From an uncultured Nitrososphaeraceae archaeon (GTDB lineage Archaea; Thermoproteota; Nitrososphaeria; Nitrososphaerales; Nitrososphaeraceae): a stretch of 64,000 nt of DNA. Location of the stretch: assembly GCA_963765895.1 (NCBI GenBank), contig CAVXZB010000024.1, positions 201,943 through 265,942 of the forward strand, given 5' to 3'. The position numbers and the translations under genes are program-made. Shown one piece after another: positions 22,949 through 34,256 of this stretch (its first letter is position 1; each line of letters opens with the position of its first letter). Below the pieces are notes generated by a model, which was not told the DNA's origin, made no database searches, and was given only the letters and a program-made list of their open reading frames with translations.

Positions 22949-23836
22949 CTAGCCTGAAGTGATATTTTTTAGTATGCTCTCCACTTCAAGCAGATTTTCA
23001 TCGTGTATCTCCACTATAATTTTGTGTAGTTGTTTTAGAACATTATCTGCGCCTCTTAATGCTATAACCTCTGCTCCTTCAATGTCCATCTTCATCACAT
23101 TACAATCATAACCATGCAAAATATTATCGAGAGTGTCGCAGCCTACCGGGTTTGAGGGAATATCATCACTTGATCTCGCAGTAATGCTGAATTGTCCCGT
23201 ATAAACATGGCCACGTTGTCCATCTGACAAATGTTCGTAGATATAACTAACACCTCTGTGATCTGATACCGCCTTGTTTACAGTTCTTATATTTGTAAAC
23301 CCGTCAAGGTCAACATTCCTGCAAAGTGCTGTAAAGGTTTCAGGATGTGCCTCTATTGCAAAAATTAGCACTCCCTTACTTTTGTATTGTTTTGCAATTT
23401 GAAGGAAGTACGAGCCTACATTCGCTCCTACGTCAACAAATACATCATTTTCATTCAAAGCGAGATGTTTTTTAAGGTCCTTTTCTCTTTCTATGAAGAG
23501 AACATAAAAATCATCTGTATGTTTTCTAGGTATTACCCTTATATTATTTAGTTTACAGATTTTTTCTGCAAATAGCCATTCAGGTAGGAAATTTACATAG
23601 GAAATATTATTATTTTTCAGGAATTTGTCCCTAAGGGACTTTCCCATCTTGATTCGTAAAAATAATCTATATAATATATAATAATGCTTTGCATAGTGGA
23701 CAATAAACTTCGGGTTGAGTTTATTTCCTGCTAAGAATGCAGAATCATTCGCTACGGCTACGGCTTTGTATAGATTCGTGGGACTTCTCCCAACATCTAC
23801 TTCACTAGTAGGCGTATGTAAGTAGAAATACCTCAT
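22949..23836 (-). CDS. FkbM family methyltransferase
   Basis: VDVGANVG, IEAHP, NKAVSD, KMDIEGAE, IVEIH. Confidence 0.88.
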   Translation of the reverse strand: MRYFYLHTPTSEVDVGRSPTNLYKAVAVANDSAFLAGNKLNPKFIVHYAKHYYILYRLFLRIKMGKSLRDKFLKNNNISYVNFLPEWLFAEKICKLNNIRVIPRKHTDDFYVLFIEREKDLKKHLALNENDVFVDVGANVGSYFLQIAKQYKSKGVLIFAIEAHPETFTALCRNVDLDGFTNIRTVNKAVSDHRGVSYIYEHLSDGQRGHVYTGQFSITARSSDDIPSNPVGCDTLDNILHGYDCNVMKMDIEGAEVIALRGADNVLKQLHKIIVEIHDENLLEVESILKNITSG

Positions 23837-24326
23837 ATTAGGATCAGCAGTCAGAACGGCCTACCTCTTGAAAGATAATGGTTTCTCATCACAGAGATCA
23901 ATTATGGAATCCCACAAGTTATCAATTTATCATTTACTAATAATAGGTTGCAATATTTTTATATTGATAACTTACTCTGATTTGCTCAGAGAAATCTATC
24001 TAGCGGTAAGATGATAAGTGGTCTATAAGGCATATTCAAATACTTCAATCGTCTACCTGGGCCAAGAAGATGTATTTGATAGTCATATGAAGTATTTACA
24101 GGCAGTTGTTATTAGAATAGTAAAGCCTATTAATATTGTATGGCCGCCATCCAAATATGGCTGAATGCGGGACTGGAAATAATGTCGTATAACGTGTGAT
24201 GATGGAAGTCTCCATGATTTGATCTCTTCGGTTAAGATATTGACGTTGTCCTTTTCTTCTTTTTATTCATTTTGAGACACTTTCACTATCAACTTGATGC
24301 GTTTACCCCCTTTTTGTGGGCGCGCC

Positions 24327-24555
24327 AAACATCATACGGAAGTCGAATTAAAACCAGAAGACTTCAGCAAAGACATGTCTCTCAATCCTATGCTGACTCA
24401 TGATCTTACCATCAAGACAATTACACATCATACAGATACTGTTAGTGTAATCGTGCCTGCTCTCTAAATCCAGTAGCCGTTGACCTAAGGGGCCTAGTAC
24501 GACTATCTAATGCTTTAACTCGGGTAGAGGAGCGATTGCTACGATATATAGAATG
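24327..24555 (+). pseudogene. Internal fragment of a hypothetical element-associated gene
   Basis: HHTDTVSVIV../NPVAVDLRGLVRLSNALTRVEERL; no start or end of its own. Confidence 0.45.
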
Positions 24556-25524
24556 CGCGCCTCAGCCGCTGTCACTGTCATCGTCAGCCGAGTCAAGTCT
24601 TATTCCTAACATCCATGTAGTAAAGCAAAGTCTTACATCCAATAGATAGATATGACAACTTACCAGCAGCAGAAGAAAGAAAAAATAATTAGAAAAGCGG
24701 TCGAGGATAAAGACAATAGTAACTGTAAGAGGTAATGACGGTAATCCTATTGTATTTGATAATGAGAAGAAATTCACACAATATCCAAAGCCGCTAATGA
24801 AAAAGCAACAAGCGAACTAGGTAGGGTAGGTAGGTAAGTAGATATGTCATTCACAACTGAAGAAATGAAGTTACTAACAAATATTTATACATAAACTAGT
24901 AATGATATACGATAAAATATATCGAACCACAAACACAGACACAGACTTCACGTTAGAAGAAAAAGCGAATATAAAGAAACTTAGAGATAGATTATCGCAA
25001 TAATAACTAAATATGGTGTTTGAGGGTGCACCATCCTCAAACACCATCGTTCTGTCTGTCTTACCATCGGATTCTTTATAGGACATTGGTTATAGGTCGA
25101 TAACATATTAAAATCTTATAATTAATTAATTAATTAAAGTGGCGTCGGGGACAAACCCCTGCGCCCCCAAACGCCACTTATTCGTCCTGTCCTGTCTTTA
25201 GTCACCAGTCTATGTATGGCATAATCTATGAAGCAAACATCTATTAAAATTTTAAGCTTAAATCTAACCTATGGTGGTTAGCGAATGTCTCGGGTGAGTC
25301 GAACCACCAGACCATTAAAAGTCCACTAAAATTCCTGTTTGTTGATATCCTCTTCTATAACGACCTTATGAGAGGCCTGAGAATCGGGCAAGCCATACCA
25401 AGAGCATTATATTGATAAACTTGAATGTTGGCAACGGGGAACCGAAAATTATGCCATTAGAAAGTTTCGTGGTGGGTTCCCCATCTGAAAATGGTCCAAT
25501 TCACGCTCAATTTGAGCACAAACG

Positions 25525-25744
25525 GTGATGATCCAACTATGCTTTACGTAGCGCTACCAGACCATAAATTAGTCCAGAGCCCATGTTATTCTATTATAAC
25601 AATGAAGGCAGATACTATTACTGTAGGTTGCATCCTGAAATAAAGAACACAAATCTGGAATCCATAAAGGACTACATAAAGTACAAAGATCCAGCAACAC
25701 ATAAATCAGAGCTATTAAAATTGTCCAAACTTACTCATAACTAG
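25525..25744 (+). pseudogene. Cys/His mini-domain remnant, copy 2
   Basis: ALPDHKLVQSPCYSII../YYYCRLHPEIKNTNLESIKDYIKYKDPATHKSELLK; homologous to 14490-14704. Confidence 0.65.
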
Positions 25745-25754
25745 TTTAGCCTAT

Positions 25755-26070
25755 CAATAGGATAAAACTATCAGGACTTGTGTACTTAGCAGAATTGCCT
25801 ATTCTATAGACTTATATCTATAGATAGTAGCAATTAGTCAATTCGAATCAAAATACTTAGTTCTGTTAATACTCAATACGTTTAACACATCGGACAACGT
25901 CGGATTTTTAAACATCCGGCATAATTATTCGGAAAAAGCGTTAAATAGGATATGCGGCAGGCCAGATTATAAATATTATCAAAAATGTGCGTCCTATGTG
26001 TAGACTGACGTCCCAGGATGGTGATAAAATTTATGTATGCTGTATTATCACGAGGCACTCAAAACATCAT
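25755..26070 (-). repeat. Backbone repeat copy D (longest): IATIYRY mini-gene, promoter and conserved box copy 2
   Basis: Minus strand MFKNPTLSDVLNVL...LIATIYRYK; TATA-like atatttataat at ~25970; box gtcctatgtgtagactgacgtccc. Confidence 0.8.
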
Positions 26071-26141
26071 GTAAAACTGGAGATTAATTAGGGACGGAAA
26101 TTTGAGAAATATCATAGTCACTTGCAATTTGCTCCTTTCTA

Positions 26142-27811
26142 TCAATACCAGGCTGAAGTCTGTAATTGTGTAAGTGCTGCACAACAAGTAAAGTGATCTT
26201 TACCTGGACCGCCAGTAAGAATATCATTACCATTGCCTCCAGATATTTGGTCGTTGCCGGAACCGCCTTGTATCACATCATTTCCTGCACCCCCATTCAG
26301 AATATCATTTCCTTGACTCCCTGCAATGCGATCGTCTCCGTTACCACCATCAATAATATCCGCTCCATTGCATCCATTTATTCCGTCATTTCCACCTCGG
26401 CCATTAATGATATCAACACCTGAACTTCCTATTAGCGTGTCATCTCCATTTGTACCCGTTATAATCCTGCCAGTTCTGCTGTTACTAACACATGAACTAT
26501 CTGGGGGCGGGGTAGGGGTAGTTACTTGCCAAGTAAATGATACAGAAGGTCCTTGAAGTGCTGTACTATCAGTAGCCCTAAAGTGAGATGTATGCTGTCC
26601 AACACCTAAATTACCGTCAGTAACAGGACTGGAACAGCTTGAAAATGGAAAGTTATCTAGGCTGCATTGTAGTGTTATAGGCGGTGTACCTCCAGAAGTA
26701 GTTACTTGAAATGTTATTTTGTTAGATGTGGTCGAGCCTCCGTTTAACACTGGGTTATTATTTCCATCGATAGCGGAAGATAAAGTGCTTGGAGGAGTCT
26801 GAGGTGTAGTAGAGATTACGGAGACAGTATTTCCGGGAGCATCATTTGAATTATAATTGGTCACATTAACATTATGATGTACTGGATCATATACTGGTGT
26901 GACTGGCCCCTGCCCTACGGTAACATTTCCTATTACCTGATTGTTTGTGCCGTTAATTAATGAAATATGGTTCGCACCTTGGATGCCCACATAGATAACA
27001 CCTGTATCTTGATTAAATCCAACACCTGTCGGATCAGGACCTACATTTACTGTAATAATTACACTATTTGTAGAACTGTCTATAACAGAGACAAACTGGG
27101 TATCATGATTTGCCGCATATATATTACCATTGACCGAGTCATATGTAAGAAATACAGGGTTTGGTACATCAGATACAATATCTATCACAGTTCTAGATGC
27201 TCCATCTATTACCGAGATGGGTCCTGGTCCTGTATTAGGAATGTATGTAAGCCCATTGCCGGGGTTAAAGACTCCTTGTAGTGGTTGTCCTCCAACCGTT
27301 ATAGTATCAATTACTGCTCTGGTTGCTCCATCTATTACTGAAACAGTTCCACTTCCGGCATTAGCTGCATATATGTAGTCATTAACAGGATCATAAATCA
27401 CGCCGTCTACTATTGAGCCACTGCTTTGTATCGTGTCAATCACATTATTAGTTGGAGCATCTATTACGGATAGTGTGTTTGAATATACATTAGCTGTATA
27501 GATGTAATTGCGCTTTGTATCCACAGCAAGTTCACGTGGAGTATAATTATTTGGTAGGTGAATAGTTGTAAGTACACTTTTTTAGAAGCTGTATCAATTA
27601 CTGATACAGTGCTTGAAGCAATATCTGCAGTGTACACATGACCTGTAATTGGATTATAAATTGCGCCATAAGGTCCTATTCCAACAGTTATTGTGGCAAT
27701 TACAGAATCTGCATGCACAATAGAAGAAGATAGCGTAGGCGCAATTGCCGATATAATAGTAGCTATTACACATAAAATCATAGTAACAGTCCGCGCTTTT
27801 ATAACCTTCAT
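26142..27811 (-). pseudogene. Secreted YVTN/YncE beta-propeller + Ig-like + RTX (hemolysin-type Ca-binding) repeat protein, frameshifted
   Basis: Signal peptide ending VHA; repeated IY.AN..S.TVSVID blades; GGxGxD nonapeptides; frameshift ~27540. Confidence 0.85.
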
Positions 27812-28121
27812 GGTTAAAAGAAAACTTACGATAACATATTTAACATAAAGGTAGCACCATTATATAAAATTCCAGATTATATATGGGTTAATCAGAATTT
27901 ATGATAAGAATGTACATGATTGGAGTAACGACTAATTTTCTGATTTATCTTCATGTACGAGATCAATGAAATACGTGTCTTGTAACTATATTGTTGGACA
28001 TCGTTCCATAATGTCCTACATTGTGATACCTTCATCAGTAATTTAATATATCTTGTACAAATTGAATTTCATTATATTATAAAGGAATATTAAATAGCGT
28101 TCTCATGAAATCTGACCAATA

Positions 28122-28358
28122 TTGCCCACATTCTTGGACGTCCACTCTATCGGGACGTTGACTGAGTATGGTCTCATAAAAGCGCAGAATGCACCCAGAG
28201 ATAAACTAGGAGTAAAGACGGTAAACATTCTCTACAATTTAGAAGGCGGCGTGATTTATTGCTTGTTAGATTCTCCAAATAAGGAGGCAGTGGAAAAACA
28301 TCATAATAACATTGGCGTAAAAGGTGACTGGGTAATTGAAGTAAAAACTACTCGATAA
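28122..28358 (+). CDS. DUF4242 (SCO4226-like nickel-binding) protein
   Basis: MPTFLDVH...IYCLLDSPNKEAVEKHH..G...D.VIEV. Confidence 0.75.
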   Translation: MPTFLDVHSIGTLTEYGLIKAQNAPRDKLGVKTVNILYNLEGGVIYCLLDSPNKEAVEKHHNNIGVKGDWVIEVKTTR

Positions 28359-28485
28359 ACATAAATTATAGGATTACTTCGAGCCAAAGTAACACTTAAT
28401 TAGTATATTCCAATGACGGGCCACGCACCAGATGCTACAGATACTATAAAAAGAGAATAAGAAATGAGCCTATTCATTTCTCCAT

Positions 28486-28722
28486 TTAATGAAGCAGTTG
28501 CGCCGCAGTCCATCCTACACGATAACCTAATTTGTAATCGAAGCAGTATGTGTCTGAATGATCGAAACTGCAATGGTCGTCAAAATTGTCTCCATTCATA
28601 TATGCATTTCTTGCATCCCAATATCCTTGATTGTATGCATTTGAATGAGCTAATACGGAATCACCTTGCAGCAGAGCCCCTAAAGCAAGAGACATGATTA
28701 GCGCTAAGCTGGTTACTATCAA
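28486..28722 (-). CDS. Small secreted Cys/Tyr-Gly peptide
   Basis: Signal peptide ending VLA; YNQGY...CSFDHSDTYCFDYKLGY. Confidence 0.65.
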   Translation of the reverse strand: MIVTSLALIMSLALGALLQGDSVLAHSNAYNQGYWDARNAYMNGDNFDDHCSFDHSDTYCFDYKLGYRVGWTAAQLLH

Positions 28723-28755
28723 TTTTTTCGTTGTCTATCCACCTCCTAGACTATT

Positions 28756-29161
28756 TTACTTGCCGTATTCTCCGTTGTCAGAATCGCTGCTTGATGATGC
28801 CGCTTGTTCTTGAGTTTGTCGTGGAGCTATTACCACATTATTGTGACTGCCATCAACGCGTACGTTAGAGTCGCCTTGTGCCTGGCTCTGGGTTTGCTGC
28901 TGTGTTGTCGTCTCACCTGCCAATGAATTCCAACGAATACCCATTACAGAATTCATAAGTGTGCTTTTTATCATTTGGACAGCTCCTATCATGACCGTGC
29001 TTGCTGCCATCACAATTGCTATAGTCGCAGGCCGCATAGTTCTGACCGGGATCATATCCATCATTATAGCGTTTTTGATCTGATATGTGTGCAAAACCAC
29101 TGGATGTCAAAGTAGCAACCATCATGATGGCAACCATTGCTGCAAATATGCCATTGTTCAT
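28756..29161 (-). pseudogene. Secreted paralog of the above with Q-rich tail, frameshifted
   Basis: Signal ending GFA; YNDGY...CPNDKKHTYEFCNGY; tail QQQTQSQAQG in a shifted frame. Confidence 0.6.
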
Positions 29162-29707
29162 CTATAGCTCAATCTCCTCTAAGAGAACTTTGCCTCCGTC
29201 CTTTGCCACATTATCTAACGCTGTTTCAATGCTGAGTAGCATTATTTCGCTATAGCCATACTGTGATATGGTAAATTTTATCTTGTATTTACCAAGAGCC
29301 TGAACTGCAAACAAAGATCTCTGAGAGTCCAAGCAATATATTTTACTGTAATCACTGTATTTCTTGTAGCCCATATGCACCCTTAGATATGGACTTGTCT
29401 TGCAAATCTGATGATTCGCAGTTGATTGGATACTCATATCGCAGCTCCCTTAATTGAGCCTTCAATCAAAGTTAGGATTGAGTATAACACTCGCCTCTGC
29501 CAATCTTTTTTGTTATGCATAATCCCCAGGAATAGGAGGACTTTTTGTAAGATTATGACCTTGAGATGCCTGCTATATTTGGAACTAGATTTGTTATTAT
29601 AGGATCTGCCTGTAAAAATGGCATAATGTAAACTCCATATTTTCTTTTTTCCTAGTTTACAATATATTTAAAAGGAACACCCTTTATTTCTAATACGATA
29701 TCCCCTA

Positions 29708-31058
29708 ATGAAGGGCCTTCTTACGAGCGCCATAGTAGTTATCGTTATTCTAATGATACTTTGTACAGGTACTGAATTCTTTTACCCTGGTTGGAATACC
29801 TGCTAAGACGCAAAAGCAGAGGGTCACGATTACTGCAATACTTGAAGACCAAGGGGATCCACGAAGATGGAACTCCTTATTTCAGCCAGCGCTACAAGAA
29901 CTAAGAGCAAAACATCCTGATTTAGAGATATTACTAAATGCCACGAAGCTTCCATATAATCAAGCTAGACCACACATGTTAGCTGCATTAGAGACAAAGA
30001 CTCCTATTGATCTAATATCTTTGGACCAAATATGGCTTGGAGAGTTCGCTCAGAAACGACTCTTGACTGATCTTACCAATTATACCAAGATTTGGGGAAG
30101 AGAAAAAGACTGGTACGAAATGAATTGGGATGGTGGGATTTATGGTGGAAAAGTCTATGGAATATGGGCATGGACAGATATCAGAGGAATATGGTATTGG
30201 AAAGATCTGTTAAGTGAGGCAGGGGTCAATCCAGATTCATTAAAGACTTGGGACGGATATATTGCAGCTGCAAAAAAACTAAACACAGTTCTCAGACCTC
30301 AAGGAATAGAAGGTATACATCTTACTGGTGCTAGTCATTCTCCTGATTTATGGTATCCATATCTGTGGATGCTTGGCGGTGAAATTGTGAAGATGAAGTC
30401 GGGACATCCAACAAAAGGTAGTTACTGGTTTCCTGCGTATAATAGTAGTGAAGGTGTAAGGGCTATGAATTTTATCAAGCAACAGGTCGATGCCGGGATA
30501 AAGCCGCAGAAAAATCATTATTGGGGATTAGAATTTATTGACAGAAAGTTTGCAGTAATGATAGAGGCATTACAACATCATATAAATGAGAGATTTCCAA
30601 TTACTTCGCCTGAAAAGCGAGCAGAATTTCAACAAAAAGTAGGATTCATACCAATGTTTCCTGTACCAAGTCCAACCAATGCGACCGCTAGTTTAATGGG
30701 AGGCTGGGAATTGGCTGTTCCATTGACGTCGATACATAAACAGCTTGCGTGGGATCTGCTCGCAATCATGCTAAAACCCAAAATACTTGCCCCATATTTA
30801 GGAGCACACTCTAATCTTCCTACACAGATACCTATAGGTGAGGGTCCATATTCAGGAGCAATATATAATACAACACCCTATTACGACCAATTGATCGCTT
30901 TACTTAAAGCAGGGCACAGTAGACCCAGTATACCTGAATATCCTAAGATAGCAGAAAATATTCATCATGCACTCGACGAAGTTTACTATGGCATGAAAGA
31001 ACCAAAGCAAGCTCTAGATGAAGCAGCTAATAAATCTGCAAAGGCATTAGGATGGTAG
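29708..31058 (+). CDS. ABC sugar-type extracellular solute-binding protein (N-terminal anchor frameshifted)
   Basis: DQIWLGEFA, YGIWAWTD, GGWELAV, RPSIPEYP, KQALDEAA; hydrophobic leader from ATG 29708 is out of frame with ORF 29976-31058. Confidence 0.82.
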
Positions 31059-31567
31059 CAACAGCAGATCATCATCATCATCTACTACTGCACTTATGTC
31101 AGTACAATTTTCTGTACAAGATGTAAACTAGTCAGTTTTCTAGTTGAGAATCTGGAGACAAAAATTCTCTATGCCACAGACTATTAAATGCTAACACTCC
31201 TCCTTACTGAAAGCTGATCGTAGAATTATGCTTAAATCTACTAATCCTAAGCGTTTCAGACAGCGTCGGATTTCTCATCAGAGGACTATGATAACATCGG
31301 AAATAGTGCCTACAAGATGTGCGGCATACCAAACACCCGTAAAATGAGGTATAATTTTTATTGATTGAGATTGATAATAGATCATCATAATGTGTATATA
31401 TCATGAGGCGCCAAATAATGTATTCTTTTGCACTGACAGGACTAAGCTCAGCCGTGGATAAAATTTTTTGTTCTTATAAAATAGTTTAGTAGAACAAAAG
31501 AACATTTTATATGACTTTATCAATGTGGAAAATTGTTAAAAGAGCTTTACGTTTTATTTAGGAGTAG

Positions 31568-31623
31568 GCGCAAAAACCTTCGGCCTCTGGCTTAAATGCA
31601 GAGGCTAAGCAAGGCGTATGTGC
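31568..31623 (+). ncRNA. Candidate structured leader RNA, copy 2
   Basis: gcgca/tgtgc, cctt/aagg, gcctct(g)gc/gcagaggc. Confidence 0.45.
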
Positions 31624-31658
31624 GGTTACAATTAATCACCATTCCAATGATGAAACTA

Positions 31659-31823
31659 ATGACTGATATAGAAAATGAGAAAGTCATACCACCATTAACG
31701 TTAATGACCAAAAGTGAGGTAGTAAATGATTTGCTTAAACTTCTAGATATGGTTCAAAAACATGCAGATAAGGAAGGATGTCAACATTGCATTGACCTAC
31801 TAGAATCTGTTTTTGAGCACTAA
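31659..31823 (+). CDS. 54-aa CxxC micro-protein, copy 2
   Basis: MTDIENEKVIPPL..NDLLKLLDMVQKHADKEGCQHCIDLLESVFEH; start set by homology with 20191. Confidence 0.75.
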   Translation: MTDIENEKVIPPLTLMTKSEVVNDLLKLLDMVQKHADKEGCQHCIDLLESVFEH

Positions 31824-31849
31824 AATAAGACTCGGCCGGTCGGGGTACG

Positions 31850-32085
31850 CTAGTTAAATATTGGACGTAATATTCAAGGTGCTATAAGGTGCCCATAAAT
31901 TGGTATCTATATGTAGTAGCAATTAATGGATGTAAACCAATGTCTTCAATTTAGTAAATCACCAGTAAGCTTTAACACATCAGACAGTATTGGGTTCTTG
32001 AAACGCCCAGTATAATCATATCGGAAAAATCCCTTCTAATACAGTTTTGTGGCGCACCAAATTATAAATATTTTCTAAAAAGTGG
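31850..32085 (-). repeat. Backbone repeat copy E
   Basis: Minus strand FFRYDYTGRFKNPILSDVLK../GLHPLIATTYRYQF; promoter-like gaaaatatttataat. Confidence 0.78.
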
Positions 32086-32426
32086 TATCATGTGAATAGA
32101 CCAGCTTGGTTGAATACACATAGATATTGATTAGATGACACTGCCCAAACATCTAAGTCATGGGCGGCGCACCAGCAACCTGTCTTCTCCCTATCTCCTG
32201 CAATCTAGCCGATAGTGACACAAGTTGATCTGATAATTGGGCTATGACATCATCCTTTACTTTATCGCGCTGTCCTAGTGACTGATTTAGATCTTCTAAT
32301 TCTTCTGCCTTAGTTTGTATATCGGCGCCTTGTCTTTCTAACTAATGGATATTTAGGAAGATTGAATAAGGCTCGATTTTGCTGAATTTTTGCCTAATCT
32401 AATCTGATAAGCAAGTATTCATAGCA

Positions 32427-32447
32427 AACTAACCAAACAGTTAGTTG
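32427..32447. other. 21-bp dyad site, copy 2 (candidate attR or operator)
   Basis: Identical to 8140-8160; just upstream of the tfb promoter. Confidence 0.65.
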
Positions 32448-32502
32448 GTAGTTTGTTACTTACTATACCATTTATATGTAATTACTTTATTACATTAGAT
32501 AT

Positions 32503-33468
32503 GGTGATGTTAGCGTAGATACAGACTCATATGGTAAAATTCCTCCGAACAACCAAAAAATAAAGGCTTCTGTTATAACAACATGCCCAGGATGTAAGAA
32601 CGAGAGTATAATCACCGATTCTGAATCTGGAGAGATCATTTGCAGTAATTGTGGTCGTGTAATCTCTGATAAATTACAAGATATTGATTCCGAATGGCAT
32701 AGATACTTTGTCGATGAGTCTAAGATAGGAACCAGGATTGGGAGTCGTAGTTCGCTCGCCCGTCACGATATGGGATTGTCTACAGTTATTGGCAGATCTG
32801 GCAGAGATGCCAGCGGTAACAAACTTGATGCAGTTATGCAGACCAAGATGAATAGGTTAGCTACTTGGGATTTAAGATCCCAATTACATACGCCAAAAGA
32901 TCGAAGTCTCAGACAAGCATTTTTTAAATTAGATGTTCTAAAAGATAAACTCGGACTCTCGGACAGTATTGTCGAGAAAGCGGCATATATCTATAGGAAG
33001 GCTCAGTCGAAGAAAATTACTCGTGGTAGAACCATCTCAGGGGTCCTAGCAGCCGCAATATATATTTCATGTAGAGAAATGGGAATCCATAGGACACTGA
33101 ATGATATCGCTGCTGCATGCAGTGTAAAGCGTAAGGAGCTGTCAAAAGATTTCAGGATCCTTTGTACCCGACTTGATCTTAGAATACCTCAACCTGATCC
33201 CATGAAGTGCATAGCAAAAGTTGCAAATAAAGTCAAACTAAGCGAGAAAACGAAACGGCAAGCCTCGCTGATCATGAGCAACGTCACAAAGGAAGAAATA
33301 TCTGCTGGAAAAGATCCTATGGGTCTAGCTGCATCTGTGCTGTATCTATCTGGAATTAAAAATGGAGAAATTGTTACCCAATCAAATATAGCTGCTGCAG
33401 CCGGGGTTACTGAAGTAACCGTTAGAAATAGAACAAAGGAATTAAGAGATAAGCTTATGCTTAATTAA
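32503..33468 (+). CDS. tfb: Transcription initiation factor IIB (TFB paralog)
   Basis: Zn ribbon CPGC..ITDSESGEIICSNCG in frame upstream of ORF 32770; HDMGLST, RGRTI, GKDPMGLAA, VTEVTVRNR; start codon uncertain. Confidence 0.9.
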   Translation, partial: GDVSVDTDSYGKIPPNNQKIKASVITTCPGCKNESIITDSESGEIICSNCGRVISDKLQDIDSEWHRYFVDESKIGTRIGSRSSLARHDMGLSTVIGRSGRDASGNKLDAVMQTKMNRLATWDLRSQLHTPKDRSLRQAFFKLDVLKDKLGLSDSIVEKAAYIYRKAQSKKITRGRTISGVLAAAIYISCREMGIHRTLNDIAAACSVKRKELSKDFRILCTRLDLRIPQPDPMKCIAKVANKVKLSEKTKRQASLIMSNVTKEEISAGKDPMGLAASVLYLSGIKNGEIVTQSNIAAAAGVTEVTVRNRTKELRDKLMLN

Positions 33469-34256
33469 TTCCTGTAATTTCTGCCTTTGACATAGGTAGC
33501 GTTGCCTGGTAGTTAGGCCCAATTTCTCTAATCGGTTATATGGTAAGTCCATTGAGGTATCGAAGTGCCCGAAGTAAATTATCTGAGATTGAGACGCTAG
33601 AATAGATGATATTGCCATTCGGTGTATCTCTTAGATATAAGATTACCATAACACATGATTTTTCTAACATGAAATTTGGTTATACTATTTAATTCGAAAT
33701 AGCAAGTATCGATACTGATAAAATCTCAAGAAGTAGAAGCTAATTGCTTTGAACACTAATTTCTCTTCTGTTTTACATTAGTGGTACTCCATGATTTTTC
33801 ATCTAAGCTTTCTCCATTGAGTCCTAGAACGTTTCTATTATTCAATTACAATTCATTTTATTTCGTTCGGAGTACCTGCCCCGCACAGATCATAATTCAA
33901 ATTTTACAAGCGATAAGTTCCGATTCATTTACCTAGCCTTAATGATTAGTTGTTATTGCTTGGGAGCAGACAAATAGGGATCTCGAGTCTTGCCTAGTTA
34001 TTTCAATGTTGAATAGCAATAGCATATCCTCGAAAATTGTTTGGACATACTTGTGTTGACAAGAATAGTCTGAACTGCCTGTTTCCTAGTTTGACATATA
34101 TAATTGGAATATTTGCAGAAATCACTATGATACTATCTTGACATACAGCCAGATTGTAATAGTAACACTACTAGTTTTTCCAATTGGGAAGCTTGAAACA
34201 AATTCCAAGAAATGTAGCATATATTGTACTAATTCGCATACAGTACTTATACTAAA

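Larger units (their letters stand above)
8140..32447. mobile_element. Putative integrated element / composite island (~24.3 kb)
   Basis: Identical 21-bp direct repeats at the ends; integrase plus Prim-Pol/D5 helicase; repeated backbone modules alternating with cargo. Confidence 0.6.

Noticed and set aside
14795-31920. Backbone repeats as a CRISPR array or classical attC sites
   Set aside because: Spacing is kilobases and irregular, no cas genes, no RYYYAAC/GTTRRRY box structure, and the integrase is not recognisably IntI
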